DNA from: a virus
DNA: 64,000 nucleotides
IMG/VR virus record: IMGVR_UViG_3300042261_001186
Span: 66,398-130,397 of that record
Reading direction: 5' to 3' (one strand)
A model generated the notes under the pieces. The model saw only the letters and a program-made list of their open reading frames with translations, was not told where the DNA came from and did not search any database. Below are positions 36,742-46,134 of the stretch, piece after piece; position 1 is the stretch's first letter, and each line of letters begins with the position of its first letter. The position numbers and the translations under genes were made by a program.

Positions 36742-36767
36742 AAATTCATAAACATTTTTTAATATAT

Positions 36768-37265
36768 ATGGTTATGAAAAATTTCAGTAATTTTTTAAAT
36801 GAAGATTTTATGGATGTGAATGATCATCTATTTATGGGTTATTATCAAGGTATGACTTATGAAAATGCATTCGAGGAATTATTAAATGCTGTTAATATTG
36901 ATGATTCAGGTAATTACAACACCATAAAAAGTGGTGCTAGATTAGCTTTTGCATTCACTGAGAAAAAAGGTTCTGATAAATCAGCTTTTGTTATAAAACA
37001 TAGTTCAAGTTATTATGTATTTGAAAATTATTGTGGTAGTAAAAGAACCTTTAAAACCATAGATACTAGTCAACCTATGGAAAAATTATCTGTTTTAAGA
37101 AGTGTATTAGTATCTTTTTATGATGATAATGATTTAGTATCTTCTGAAAAGAATAATAAAATGGTTAAGAAATTTGATAGATTTTTTGGTATAAAAAGTT
37201 ATATAAGAAAATTTGATCCAATTGTGGATCCATATGGAGAAGAGAATTGGGAAGAAGATGATTAA
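36768..37265 (+). CDS. leader + C-terminal DP-tag protein
   Basis: MKNFSNFLNE; VDPYGEENWEEDD. Confidence 0.75.
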   Translation: MVMKNFSNFLNEDFMDVNDHLFMGYYQGMTYENAFEELLNAVNIDDSGNYNTIKSGARLAFAFTEKKGSDKSAFVIKHSSSYYVFENYCGSKRTFKTIDTSQPMEKLSVLRSVLVSFYDDNDLVSSEKNNKMVKKFDRFFGIKSYIRKFDPIVDPYGEENWEEDD

Positions 37266-37577
37266 TTAGCCCAGTCTTCCTCACCATAAGGGTCTAATTT
37301 ACTGATTATTCTTTTTGGTTCAAAATTTATTTTTTTACCTGCCATTCTCAATCCTAATATAATTCCACTTAAAAAACTATATGTCGCATCCAATCCTTCT
37401 GTATTATAACCACAAGTAAAACACATCTGATCATTTTCAACTTTAACTTCTATTTTACCATTTTCAAGAAACACCTAGTTTTGGGTAATGTTCCCAAATC
37501 GCTTTACATACTCTTTTAAGATCATCTACTGATGCAGATTCATTTAATTTTTGATATTTTTCATATTTTAGTATCAT
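37262..37577 (-). pseudogene. leader + DP-tag gene with frameshift near 37470
   Basis: MILKYEKYQKLNES... continues in a shifted frame to KLDPYGEEDWAN. Confidence 0.6.
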
Positions 37578-37638
37578 ATTGATATATTATTTTTTATTTT
37601 TGGTTTTTTTTCTTACATTTGTAAAAATTGCAATAATT

Positions 37639-37947
37639 ATGACAGATAGAGAAAAAATAGAGGTATTTTTAGCTTATGTTAGGAATAAATTATTGGATAA
37701 ATATCCTAATATAGTAATTAATACAATAATTTTTGAAGATGAAATTACATATGGTTTTACTTTTTTTGATATTGAAAATAAAAGAATGATGGGTCAAAAT
37801 TATGTAGGTCTACATTGGTTATCTTCTCATTGGGATTCTTTAGTAAATCATATGGAAAGGACATTAAATGTTCATTTTTTCAAACCAAAAACAAAACAAG
37901 TTTTCTGTGAAGTTGATCCATTTGGAGAGGAGGAATGGGAATGTTAA
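37639..37947 (+). CDS. DP-tagged protein
   Basis: Ends KQVFCEVDPFGEEEWEC. Confidence 0.75.
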   Translation: MTDREKIEVFLAYVRNKLLDKYPNIVINTIIFEDEITYGFTFFDIENKRMMGQNYVGLHWLSSHWDSLVNHMERTLNVHFFKPKTKQVFCEVDPFGEEEWEC

Positions 37948-38210
37948 CAAAACCTCAAGACATAAAGGATAAATTACAAGGTAATTATCCAAATATTTAT
38001 TTTACATATGATGATATCATGCCAAGTATTACCTGTTGTAAAATTGAAAATACTGAAAAACCAAAAGTACAAAAATTTAAATTGAGACACACTAATAATA
38101 CTTATGATCTTGAATTGTATTATGCCCTTATCGTTAATTACTTGATAGATATAAATTACATTAAAAAATCTGTTCAAGAATATAAAGAGGAGGACATAGA
38201 ATGGTTATGA
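37935..38210 (+). CDS. IEW-tagged protein
   Basis: Ends YKEEDIEWL. Confidence 0.75.
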   Translation: MGMLTKPQDIKDKLQGNYPNIYFTYDDIMPSITCCKIENTEKPKVQKFKLRHTNNTYDLELYYALIVNYLIDINYIKKSVQEYKEEDIEWL

Positions 38211-38761
38211 GAATCCTCATATTAATTTTATCTTTTCTGTCATTATATACATATGGTCAGAAAAGAATTTTTGTGTTTGGTGACTCACATGTCTTTAGTG
38301 GAATAGGTCTTTATTTAGGTGAGGATTTGAAAAAACAAAATAATATTTATGAATATTATGGTGTTAGTGGTTCTAGTTTTACCAATAATTTTATGGGTAA
38401 GAAAAAAGAATTACTAAACAGAATAAACAAATTCAAACCAGATATTATTATTTGTTTTATGGGAACTAATGAAATGTACTATAATAAAAGTGGTTATAGT
38501 AATTTATTAAATAGTGTTAATTTATTTTTAAAGGATATAGATAAGAAGAAACTTATCATAGTTAGTTTACCTTATTATGAATATAAAAGTGCTAAAAATG
38601 TATCTGAGGGATTAAAAACATTTTCTAAAAAAAATAATATAAAATACATTGATATTTTTAATAAAAAATATTCAGAATTAAACTTATTAAGTGATAAATA
38701 TCATTTCAATCAACAAGGATATAAAAATATATCAGAACATATAAATACTTTATTAAAATGA
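38207..38761 (+). CDS. SGNH/GDSL hydrolase with signal peptide
   Basis: FGDS, GxSG, GTNE, DKYH blocks. Confidence 0.85.
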   Translation: MRILILILSFLSLYTYGQKRIFVFGDSHVFSGIGLYLGEDLKKQNNIYEYYGVSGSSFTNNFMGKKKELLNRINKFKPDIIICFMGTNEMYYNKSGYSNLLNSVNLFLKDIDKKKLIIVSLPYYEYKSAKNVSEGLKTFSKKNNIKYIDIFNKKYSELNLLSDKYHFNQQGYKNISEHINTLLK

Positions 38762-39096
38762 CATTAACAGAATTTAGAGATAAACATAGATGTGGACCAG
38801 CTTTCATTATTTATTACCTAGATAGAGATGGTAATCGTGGGGATATGAATCTAAAAACAAGGACAATGATGCTGAGTGAAGGTAACATCAGACACAATCA
38901 AGATATAATAAGACATATTAGTGAAGATCAAAATTTTGAGCGTTTCTGTGGTGACACTGCAACTGATATATTACTTATTAATGGAGTGATGGATAATCCA
39001 GTACAATTACCAATTGGGGTTAGACTTAAACCAGTATTTCCTTCTATTGCAGTATTATCAAATGAATATGATGACAAAAACATAGAATGGGTATGA
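38758..39096 (+). CDS. IEW-tagged protein
   Basis: Ends YDDKNIEWV. Confidence 0.75.
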   Translation: MTLTEFRDKHRCGPAFIIYYLDRDGNRGDMNLKTRTMMLSEGNIRHNQDIIRHISEDQNFERFCGDTATDILLINGVMDNPVQLPIGVRLKPVFPSIAVLSNEYDDKNIEWV

Positions 39097-39389
39097 CAAT
39101 AGATGTGTTTCGATATAAATATAGTGGTAAACCAATTCCAGCTACAACTATTTCTATTTATTATGAAGTTTATTCCACTGGACCTGGTGGGACTACTGAA
39201 GATGAAAGATCTTTCAAGTTAACTTACAATGATCTTAGTGAAAAACTGAATGAAACTAAAGAGTATTTAAAGTATATTGAAAACAGTCGACATTTTGTCA
39301 GATGGAAAACACCTACAAGAGTAATGGACATCCATTCTTTGAAAATTGAAAGAGAAATATATGAAGAAGAAAATATAGAATGGGTATGA
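39087..39389 (+). CDS. IEW-tagged protein
   Basis: Ends YEEENIEWV; paralog of neighbours. Confidence 0.75.
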   Translation: MGMTIDVFRYKYSGKPIPATTISIYYEVYSTGPGGTTEDERSFKLTYNDLSEKLNETKEYLKYIENSRHFVRWKTPTRVMDIHSLKIEREIYEEENIEWV

Positions 39390-39667
39390 CATTAGGAGAA
39401 TTCAAATCAATATATTCTTTGGGAGAGTACATCCATATAGTTTATAGGGAATATAATAATCTTTATCATTATGAAGAAATGAGGACCATAAGAATACCTG
39501 TTGTTGATTTGGATGTCAATCTTAATTATTGGAAAGCAGATTTGAAATATGTTGAGAAAAGAGCATCTTTCAGAAGATGGGAAACCCATAAAACTGTAAA
39601 TGACATATATAGTTTGACTAAAGATAGTTTGGAAATTTACAATGAAGAAAATATAGAATGGGTATAA
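39380..39667 (+). CDS. IEW-tagged protein
   Basis: Ends YNEENIEWV. Confidence 0.75.
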   Translation: MGMTLGEFKSIYSLGEYIHIVYREYNNLYHYEEMRTIRIPVVDLDVNLNYWKADLKYVEKRASFRRWETHKTVNDIYSLTKDSLEIYNEENIEWV

Positions 39668-39721
39668 ATTATTTTTTTTATAATAAAAAATGTATTATAT
39701 TTGTATAAATAAAGTTGTGTT

Positions 39722-39922
39722 ATGGATGAAAAAGGTGGAATAATAGTTAAATCTAGAACGGTGAAACATAGATTGGAAATACCATTTGGTATGACGGTTC
39801 ATTATGTTTATTTAGCCAGTAATTTCATAGATCTTAATGATTCTGAATATAAAAAAGAAAAAGAAGGTAAAAGAATATTTAATGAAGTAGACCCATTTGG
39901 GGAAGAAAATTGGGAGGTTTAA
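39722..39922 (+). CDS. DP-tagged protein
   Basis: Ends GKRIFNEVDPFGEENWEV. Confidence 0.7.
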   Translation: MDEKGGIIVKSRTVKHRLEIPFGMTVHYVYLASNFIDLNDSEYKKEKEGKRIFNEVDPFGEENWEV

Positions 39923-39923
39923 T

Positions 39924-40322
39924 ATGGCACTCAAATATTTGATAGTAAATAGAAGTAGAGTAAGAAATGTAAGGGGAGAATATATCCTTTATAGGTATAC
40001 TCTTCAGAATTACAACAATAAATTAATTAGGTATCATGAGAAAGTTGTTGATCATGATTCATCTAGTTATTTGATTAAACATATTGTTATAACTCAAACA
40101 TATGTAAATAGATTCCAAGGACATATAGACAAAATGGCAAAAATAAAATTTTGGACACCTTGGACATTAAAAAAATATGAAAATGAAATAATAAATTTCA
40201 CATATTTCGGTCAACTTCAAGAAGTATTAAACATGTTTAAATATTTGGATTATAATGAAGTAAAAGGGCAAAAATTCATACCGGAACTTGACCCATTCGG
40301 TGAAGAAAATTGGGAGGGATAA
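39924..40322 (+). CDS. DP-tagged protein
   Basis: Ends GQKFIPELDPFGEENWEG. Confidence 0.75.
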   Translation: MALKYLIVNRSRVRNVRGEYILYRYTLQNYNNKLIRYHEKVVDHDSSSYLIKHIVITQTYVNRFQGHIDKMAKIKFWTPWTLKKYENEIINFTYFGQLQEVLNMFKYLDYNEVKGQKFIPELDPFGEENWEG

Positions 40323-40326
40323 AATT

Positions 40327-40701
40327 ATGATGAGACTTAACTTAGAAATGCGACAGAAAATAGGACAACTGCAAGCTGTCTTAAATGATTTGAAAGATTT
40401 GCAAAGCAAATTGGAAGAAAATGTAATTCATTACAAGATTAAAAATATTGAATATGATCAGGTTAATGAACTTATAAATAAAAATATAGAAATTTTAGAA
40501 ATTGAAATAAATTTCTTTAGTAATTGTTCATATAAGTATAGTAAAAAAATAGATGATAGAATATCTATGTTTAACCATACTAAAAATGGATTACTTGAAA
40601 ATTATAATTATATGTTTTATATGGAACCTAAAGGTCAAAACATAACTGATGAAGATCCTTTTGGTGAAGAAAATTGGGATTCAGATGATGATAATATTTA
40701 A
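40327..40701 (+). CDS. DP-tagged coiled-coil protein
   Basis: GQNITDEDPFGEENWD near C-terminus. Confidence 0.75.
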   Translation: MMRLNLEMRQKIGQLQAVLNDLKDLQSKLEENVIHYKIKNIEYDQVNELINKNIEILEIEINFFSNCSYKYSKKIDDRISMFNHTKNGLLENYNYMFYMEPKGQNITDEDPFGEENWDSDDDNI

Positions 40702-41152
40702 CATAATACTTGGTAGTGTAATTCTTATTGTTTTTGTTTCTCTTATTTCTCTTTATTTATATTTTAATATGAAAGATAATAAATTTAAGAAATATATAAA
40801 ATATTTTTTTAGAGAAGAAAGATATGTGAATAGTTTGAAACGTACTTTTACTTTAATTAATGAAGATTTAAAAGAAATTGAATTCAAATTAGTAAATGTT
40901 CGTTATGATAAAGATATTATTGTAAAAGTATGGAATTTAGAATTCAGTATAGCTAGGACTCTTAAAGAATTTAATGATGTTGATTTTTGGACTAAAGGAA
41001 AATATTATAAGTTTTATGAAAAATTCAAAAAATATGAAAGAGAATTAATAGTAATACGAAAATTAAATGATATTTTAAATGATAACACTCCAAGAGGTCA
41101 AAGATTTATACCTATTGATCCATTTGGAGAAGAAATTTGGGAAGATGATTAA
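40685..41152 (+). CDS. membrane-anchored DP-tagged protein
   Basis: N-terminal TM; ends IDPFGEEIWEDD. Confidence 0.75.
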   Translation: MMIIFNIILGSVILIVFVSLISLYLYFNMKDNKFKKYIKYFFREERYVNSLKRTFTLINEDLKEIEFKLVNVRYDKDIIVKVWNLEFSIARTLKEFNDVDFWTKGKYYKFYEKFKKYERELIVIRKLNDILNDNTPRGQRFIPIDPFGEEIWEDD

Positions 41153-41410
41153 ACAAATTCTGAATACTCTGAAAATTATGGCATACACTTATCTGCCAGC
41201 ATATGTTGTCATATCTGTGTTTTTTGAGATTATGGGTTGGCCAATAAGTGTATGGTGGTCTAGCGCAATAAGGTTTTTGTAGCATATTCTTTTTACCTTT
41301 GGATAAATCATATTGTTGAAAAAAAGAAAAAAAGAAAAGAATTAATGAAAGTTGAAGGTCGAAGAATTAGTTCAATAAATCCACTTGGAGAAGAAAATTG
41401 GGATAAATAA
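41145..41410 (+). pseudogene. two-TM DP-tagged gene with frameshift near 41270
   Basis: Second frame ends GRRISSINPLGEENWDK. Confidence 0.6.
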
Positions 41411-41417
41411 AATAAAT

Positions 41418-42059
41418 ATGAAAGAGAAAATTAAAATATGTGTAATATCTGATACTCATGGTGAACATGGTGAACTTGTTATTCCACCATGTGATATCAT
41501 TGTACATTGTGGTGATAGTACCTCACTTGGTAAAGAACATAGTGTTAGGGAATTTCTTAAATGGTTTACTGAACTTGAACAATGTAAAAACAAAATTTTC
41601 ATTGCAGGTAATCATGATTTCTTTTTTGAAAGGAAGGGTGAATATGCTAGGGGATTGGTGCCAGAAAACATCATTTATCTTGAAGATAAAATGGTTGAAG
41701 TTGAAGGTATAAAATTTTATGGAACTCCTGTTACTCCAGTATTCCATAATTGGGCTTTTAATAAAACTGAAGAACAATTAAAAGATTATTGGAGGGATGT
41801 TCCTGAAGGAATTGATGTTTTGGTCACTCATGGACCACCTTTAGGGATATTGGATGTATCCCCTTGGACAAAGAAGAATTGTGGTTCTACAACCTTGAAA
41901 GAGGAAATCTTTGGAAGAATCAAACCAAAGTATCATTGTTTTGGACATATCCATGATTGTTATGGTATGGAAGAAGTAGATGGTGTAACATTTATTAATG
42001 CATCAAGTTTGAATGAACAATATGAAGTAGCAAATGAACCTATACTAATAGAAATATAA
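41418..42059 (+). CDS. calcineurin-like metallophosphoesterase
   Basis: SDTHG, HCGD, AGNHD, THGPP, FGHIH. Confidence 0.9.
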   Translation: MKEKIKICVISDTHGEHGELVIPPCDIIVHCGDSTSLGKEHSVREFLKWFTELEQCKNKIFIAGNHDFFFERKGEYARGLVPENIIYLEDKMVEVEGIKFYGTPVTPVFHNWAFNKTEEQLKDYWRDVPEGIDVLVTHGPPLGILDVSPWTKKNCGSTTLKEEIFGRIKPKYHCFGHIHDCYGMEEVDGVTFINASSLNEQYEVANEPILIEI

Positions 42060-42060
42060 A

Positions 42061-42237
42061 ATGGAACGAAAAAATTTAGAAAAATTGACAAAGAGGGAAC
42101 TGATCGATTTGATGATGGAACACTATGATTGTCTGAAAAGAGTTGCTAAACGACATAAAGATGATTATGATAAAGGAAATTCTGATATGAATGATTGGAA
42201 TTTTACTTATTATGCTGGAAAAAATTTCTGTGAATGA
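42061..42237 (+). CDS. small hypothetical protein (58 aa)
   Basis: MERKNLEKLTKRELIDLM..., abuts previous stop. Confidence 0.5.
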   Translation: MERKNLEKLTKRELIDLMMEHYDCLKRVAKRHKDDYDKGNSDMNDWNFTYYAGKNFCE

Positions 42238-42317
42238 ACACATCCTGGTCGGAAAGAAATATCCCGATGCAAATAGGTTTAGGAATACTTGTGAAGTGAA
42301 AACTTTAAATAGACAAC

Positions 42318-42575
42318 ATGAAAAGAGTTAAAGAAATAGTCCTTGATTTCAACACCAAAATGCACTTGTTTTTCCCACAAGTAACTAAAACATATATTGG
42401 TGGTAGGAAATTATTGGTGGAAAATTTATATTTCTCTAATGATGATGATGAATGGGTATCTATAAACAAAAAAGGTGAATTATTTACTTTAGAAGAAGCT
42501 AAGGAATTTCTAAATAATATAGATAAATATTTAGGGAGTAAAAAAGACATAACAATAATATATCATGAATTGTAA
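42318..42575 (+). CDS. hypothetical protein
   Basis: 85 aa. Confidence 0.6.
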   Translation: MKRVKEIVLDFNTKMHLFFPQVTKTYIGGRKLLVENLYFSNDDDEWVSINKKGELFTLEEAKEFLNNIDKYLGSKKDITIIYHEL

Positions 42576-42798
42576 AGTAACTAGGGAACAAGTAGAGGAT
42601 TTAAAGAATTTTCATATGGGTATAGATGTAGTTCAAGCTCTTGAAGCACAATTGATTAAGGAGTTAACTGAAAATATTTCAGAAAATATAAGAGTTAGGA
42701 TTCAAACCATAAGAAGTTATGATTATCCTGAGTTAAAGAAATACAAACAAGTGTTTAATGAAGTAGATCCTTATGGAGAAGAAATGTGGGAGGAATAA
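42565..42798 (+). CDS. DP-tagged protein
   Basis: Ends KQVFNEVDPYGEEMWEE. Confidence 0.7.
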   Translation: MNCKVTREQVEDLKNFHMGIDVVQALEAQLIKELTENISENIRVRIQTIRSYDYPELKKYKQVFNEVDPYGEEMWEE

Positions 42799-42800
42799 TT

Positions 42801-43037
42801 ATGAAAAATGTTATGATAGTGGAAAACGTAAATCCGACCGGCGAAATCGTATTGAAAGGGACGTTCGTGACTTTCTCAATTAAGAATTCCGGTAGGTTCT
42901 ATGATGTTGAGATGTATAAATCCGCGTTGGCCGAGATATTGGCCAGAAAAGCCGAAAACGAGGAAAAGAAAAAACAGGCTTTCTGCCAGGTGTTCAGCGA
43001 TGTGGACCCATACGGGGAAGAAGAATGGGAGGCTTGA
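42801..43037 (+). CDS. DP-tagged protein (first gene of CpG-rich island)
   Basis: Ends QVFSDVDPYGEEEWEA. Confidence 0.7.
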   Translation: MKNVMIVENVNPTGEIVLKGTFVTFSIKNSGRFYDVEMYKSALAEILARKAENEEKKKQAFCQVFSDVDPYGEEEWEA

Positions 43038-43038
43038 C

Positions 43039-43524
43039 ATGGCATTGGTTAAAATGACGAACGCGACGCAGGAATTCAAGGACAACCTGACGGCGCAAGC
43101 GAGGTACCTCGAAATAGAAAACACTTACTTAGGCAGCGTGAATAGGGATTGCTGGGTATGGACTGGCAGGTGCTTCGCGCAGACTCTGAAAGGCAAAAAC
43201 TTGAATTTGGATGGACACCGCGATTTCGGATGGATGAATTTCAAGGGATTCTCAAGAATAGACGGGTGCCCGGTTTTCTTAGTGCCTGAGAATTTCGCTG
43301 CAGGGGATAGATATGCTAGGATGATAGAAGTGTTCGGATTGATGACTTTGAACGCGGACGGAACGGCGAAGCATTATCAAAAAAACGATTTGCGGTTCCA
43401 ATTGATAGAGCCTGTTTTTGAGGTGAGATATGCGCCCGGATACAAGCCTCTCCCTATGAAAAAATACAAGCAAGTCTTCAGCGAAGTCGATCCTTTCGGC
43501 GAAGAGAACTGGGAGGAGGATTGA
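43039..43524 (+). CDS. DP-tagged protein
   Basis: Ends KQVFSEVDPFGEENWEED. Confidence 0.75.
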   Translation: MALVKMTNATQEFKDNLTAQARYLEIENTYLGSVNRDCWVWTGRCFAQTLKGKNLNLDGHRDFGWMNFKGFSRIDGCPVFLVPENFAAGDRYARMIEVFGLMTLNADGTAKHYQKNDLRFQLIEPVFEVRYAPGYKPLPMKKYKQVFSEVDPFGEENWEED

Positions 43525-43747
43525 TAGACGACAGGGAATACGTGAAAAGGCTGAAGTTTTTCAGGGAGCTGAAAATGACAAAGACAAATGGGCATCTTTC
43601 AGCGACGCAGAAAGGGGCCTGCTTTTGGAAAAAATGAGGGAAGTCTCCGATTATTCCGCGAATTTCAGGAAAAACAGAAAATTTAAAAAACTGCAAAAAT
43701 ATAAAGAAATAGACCCTTACGGGGAAGAAAACTGGGAGGACGATTGA
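43521..43747 (+). pseudogene. DP-tagged gene with frameshift near 43575
   Basis: MIDDREYVKRLKFFRELK joins DKDKWASF...EIDPYGEENWEDD if one A is added to the A run. Confidence 0.6.
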
Positions 43748-43748
43748 T

Positions 43749-43982
43749 ATGGGCGGGAGCTTAAGGATTACGACTAAATTCAACAAATATGCGATCGCGG
43801 AATCAAAAGGCATAGACATGCTGAAAATAATAGAAGACGATTTGATAAGGCAGATGAAAAACTTAGGTTATCACAAATACGAAGTGATTAGGCACGATGA
43901 TTCTATCGTCGTTCAATCCTGCACCGGAACAAGGATTTTTTCAGAAGTCGATCCTTTGGGCGAAGAAATATGGGAGGACTGA
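43749..43982 (+). CDS. DP-tagged protein
   Basis: Ends RIFSEVDPLGEEIWED. Confidence 0.7.
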   Translation: MGGSLRITTKFNKYAIAESKGIDMLKIIEDDLIRQMKNLGYHKYEVIRHDDSIVVQSCTGTRIFSEVDPLGEEIWED

Positions 43983-44437
43983 TGGCCAAATACGAATTCG
44001 AGACCACCGACGCGAGAAGGGAAATCATGAAAAAAATAAAAGCCAAGGACACGAAAACGGAAGTGGCTTTCAGGAAAGAATTGTGGAGGCTCGGAATAAG
44101 GGGGTACAGGAAAAACAGCAAGAAAGTCTTCGGAAAGCCGGATCTGTCTTTTTCGAAGAAAAAAATAGCGGTTTTCATAGACGGGGAATTCTGGCACGGA
44201 TTGGAATTTGAAAAGACGGCGAAGATAAAATCGAACGCCTCTTATTGGTTGCCCAAAATAGAAAGGAACATCCAACGGGACAAAGAGGTTAACGAAAGAT
44301 TGAAAGAAGAAGGTTGGACGGTCTTGAGGTTTCCGGAAAAGAAGAAAACCAAAAAAGACATTATCTCGGCGGCGAACAAAGTGATCGAGGCGCTGGGACA
44401 AAAAATAAAAGACGCAGATGGGATTGTTAAATGTTGA
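43982..44437 (+). CDS. vsr: very-short-patch repair endonuclease
   Basis: M..I..KDT..E, GKPD, FIDGEFWHG, YW.PKIERN..RD, GWTVLRF. Confidence 0.92.
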   Translation: MAKYEFETTDARREIMKKIKAKDTKTEVAFRKELWRLGIRGYRKNSKKVFGKPDLSFSKKKIAVFIDGEFWHGLEFEKTAKIKSNASYWLPKIERNIQRDKEVNERLKEEGWTVLRFPEKKKTKKDIISAANKVIEALGQKIKDADGIVKC

Positions 44438-44471
44438 AAAAAAAGAGGAAGATTAATCTTCCTCTTTTTTT
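44437..44471. terminator. bidirectional intrinsic terminator
   Basis: A-run GAGGAAGATT/AATCTTCCTC T-run. Confidence 0.85.
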
Positions 44472-44597
44472 ATTCTATCCAATACATTTTGTTTTTCTTC
44501 ATTAGTATATTTATTCCATTTGGATATTTCTTCTTTTGTTCGTTTACAACCTATGCATACACCTTCTTCTAAAATGCATATATGTTGACAGGGACTT

Positions 44598-44837
44598 TTA
44601 ACTTCCATTTTTATTATCTGGTATTTCTATTATTTTTGGTTTATCTGGTATTTCTGGATTATCTGGCATTAATGGAATTTCTTCTACATCAGGTTTTTGT
44701 GGTAATATTTCTACACTTGAAAATGTAAAAAATTTTCTAGTTAATTTAGCAGGTATAGGTTTTCCTTCTTCATAAAGAGTGTTTATTTCCTTGTGTTTCT
44801 TAATAAGTTTCTTTAATGCTTTTATATTTATTTTCAT
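44598..44837 (-). CDS. hypothetical protein with EIPD repeats
   Basis: PDNPEIPDKP..EIPDNK. Confidence 0.55.
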   Translation of the reverse strand: MKINIKALKKLIKKHKEINTLYEEGKPIPAKLTRKFFTFSSVEILPQKPDVEEIPLMPDNPEIPDKPKIIEIPDNKNGS

Positions 44838-44847
44838 TTAGTTTTTA

Positions 44848-45225
44848 TTATTTTTTAGACAATTTAGCCTTATATCCAAAATCAAATGGGGAACCTTCTT
44901 GCCATTCTTGTGTTTGTCCATTATAAACTCTGGGTATTTCATTCATCATCAATGAATCTTTAAATAAATCACAATCTACACCAACATTAGAATTCAAATC
45001 TAATGTATGTTCTTCATCACATAATTCAAGATTCATTTTTAGAACTTTGATTTCTTCTTCCAATATCCTCTGACTACTGGCAAATTTTTCTAAAATTGCA
45101 GGAGATTGTTGAAAAGATATAGTTTTTTCAACTAACCCATTCAATATTTTTATTTCTCTCTCTTTCTTAGCGATTTCTTCAGAAATACTAAGTGATACTT
45201 CTTCGTAATTAATTCGGTCTTTCAT
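44848..45225 (-). CDS. hypothetical protein
   Basis: 125 aa overlapping DHFR end. Confidence 0.65.
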   Translation of the reverse strand: MKDRINYEEVSLSISEEIAKKEREIKILNGLVEKTISFQQSPAILEKFASSQRILEEEIKVLKMNLELCDEEHTLDLNSNVGVDCDLFKDSLMMNEIPRVYNGQTQEWQEGSPFDFGYKAKLSKK

Positions 45226-45724
45226 AGATTTCGTATGTATAATTATATTCGTTTTTTTCGTCTTTTTTATGTTCTTCCTTGAATGTTATTCTCCAATCAT
45301 CATCATTGATATAAGGAAAATAAGTATCTCCTTCAATATTACAATCTATCCTAGTTATATACATCTTATTTGCATAAGGCATAAATTGTTTATAAATAGA
45401 ACCTCCACCAATAATGAAGATTTCATCTTTTAATTCACCCATTTCATTATTAATGAAATTAGCATCTTCTATAGCATCTTTGATACTATTAACTACAACA
45501 CATCCTCTGATATTCTTATCTTTTTCATCACTGATAACTATGTTGTACCTATTGGGTAAAGCAGACCCTATGGAATCAAATGTTTTCTGACCCATTATAA
45601 CAATATGTTGAGTGGTCAACTCTTTGAATCTTTTTAAGTCAGCTGATTGTTTCCATAGGAGGGTGTTATTCCCTCCTATGCAACCATTGTTTGATATTGA
45701 AACTATTATACTTATGTCTTTCAT
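45209..45724 (-). CDS. folA: dihydrofolate reductase
   Basis: IG.NN.L.W...DLKRFK..T, MGQKTFDSI...LPNRYNIV, IIGGGSIY, GDTYFP. Confidence 0.95.
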   Translation of the reverse strand: MKDISIIVSISNNGCIGGNNTLLWKQSADLKRFKELTTQHIVIMGQKTFDSIGSALPNRYNIVISDEKDKNIRGCVVVNSIKDAIEDANFINNEMGELKDEIFIIGGGSIYKQFMPYANKMYITRIDCNIEGDTYFPYINDDDWRITFKEEHKKDEKNEYNYTYEIYERPN

Positions 45725-46008
45725 GATAATGATTTATATAAATTTAGAATTTTTGTGTCATAATGTTTGTCTATTTCCCTAGAATCAAAAAGGAATTCAG
45801 CAGTGTTCAGTGCTAATTTCATATCAGCAATTCTTTCACACATTGTGTTGTAAGATTCAGAGTATTTGGTGTAATCTTCTTTGAAATCAATGTTTTTATG
45901 TTCTTGTATTGTTACAGATAATTTTAAGCAGTTATCTAAAATTTGTTCCAGCATCATAGCTTCACCAAATTTCATTACTAAGTCTTGGGTTAAATCTTTG
46001 TTGTTCAT
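45721..46008 (-). CDS. possible degenerate MazG-like protein
   Basis: FG...; ERIADM recalls EEIADV but acidic ligands are largely missing. Confidence 0.3.
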   Translation of the reverse strand: MNNKDLTQDLVMKFGEAMMLEQILDNCLKLSVTIQEHKNIDFKEDYTKYSESYNTMCERIADMKLALNTAEFLFDSREIDKHYDTKILNLYKSLS

Positions 46009-46134
46009 AATTTTTTAGTTTTAAATTAGTTTGTTAATTTTCTTTAAAATTATATGTTACAAAGATAACATAGTTTTAAAAATATAAAAAATTTTATTTA
46101 ATATATAGTTTTATAAAATTATATATAGGGTTAT

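Larger units (their letters stand above)
42827..44415. other. CpG-rich, higher-GC island in a CpG-depleted genome
   Basis: About 95 CG dinucleotides by hand count in 1.6 kb versus about 3 in 421-1481 and about 1 in 4694-6802. Confidence 0.9.

Noticed and set aside
42876-44401. Several overlapping ORFs on alternate frames and strands in the island
   Set aside because: Expected by-product of higher GC; the tag-bearing frames and vsr explain the region
42827-44437. Insertion sequence or contaminating host DNA
   Set aside because: No transposase, terminal repeats or target duplication seen; genes carry the phage's own DP tag
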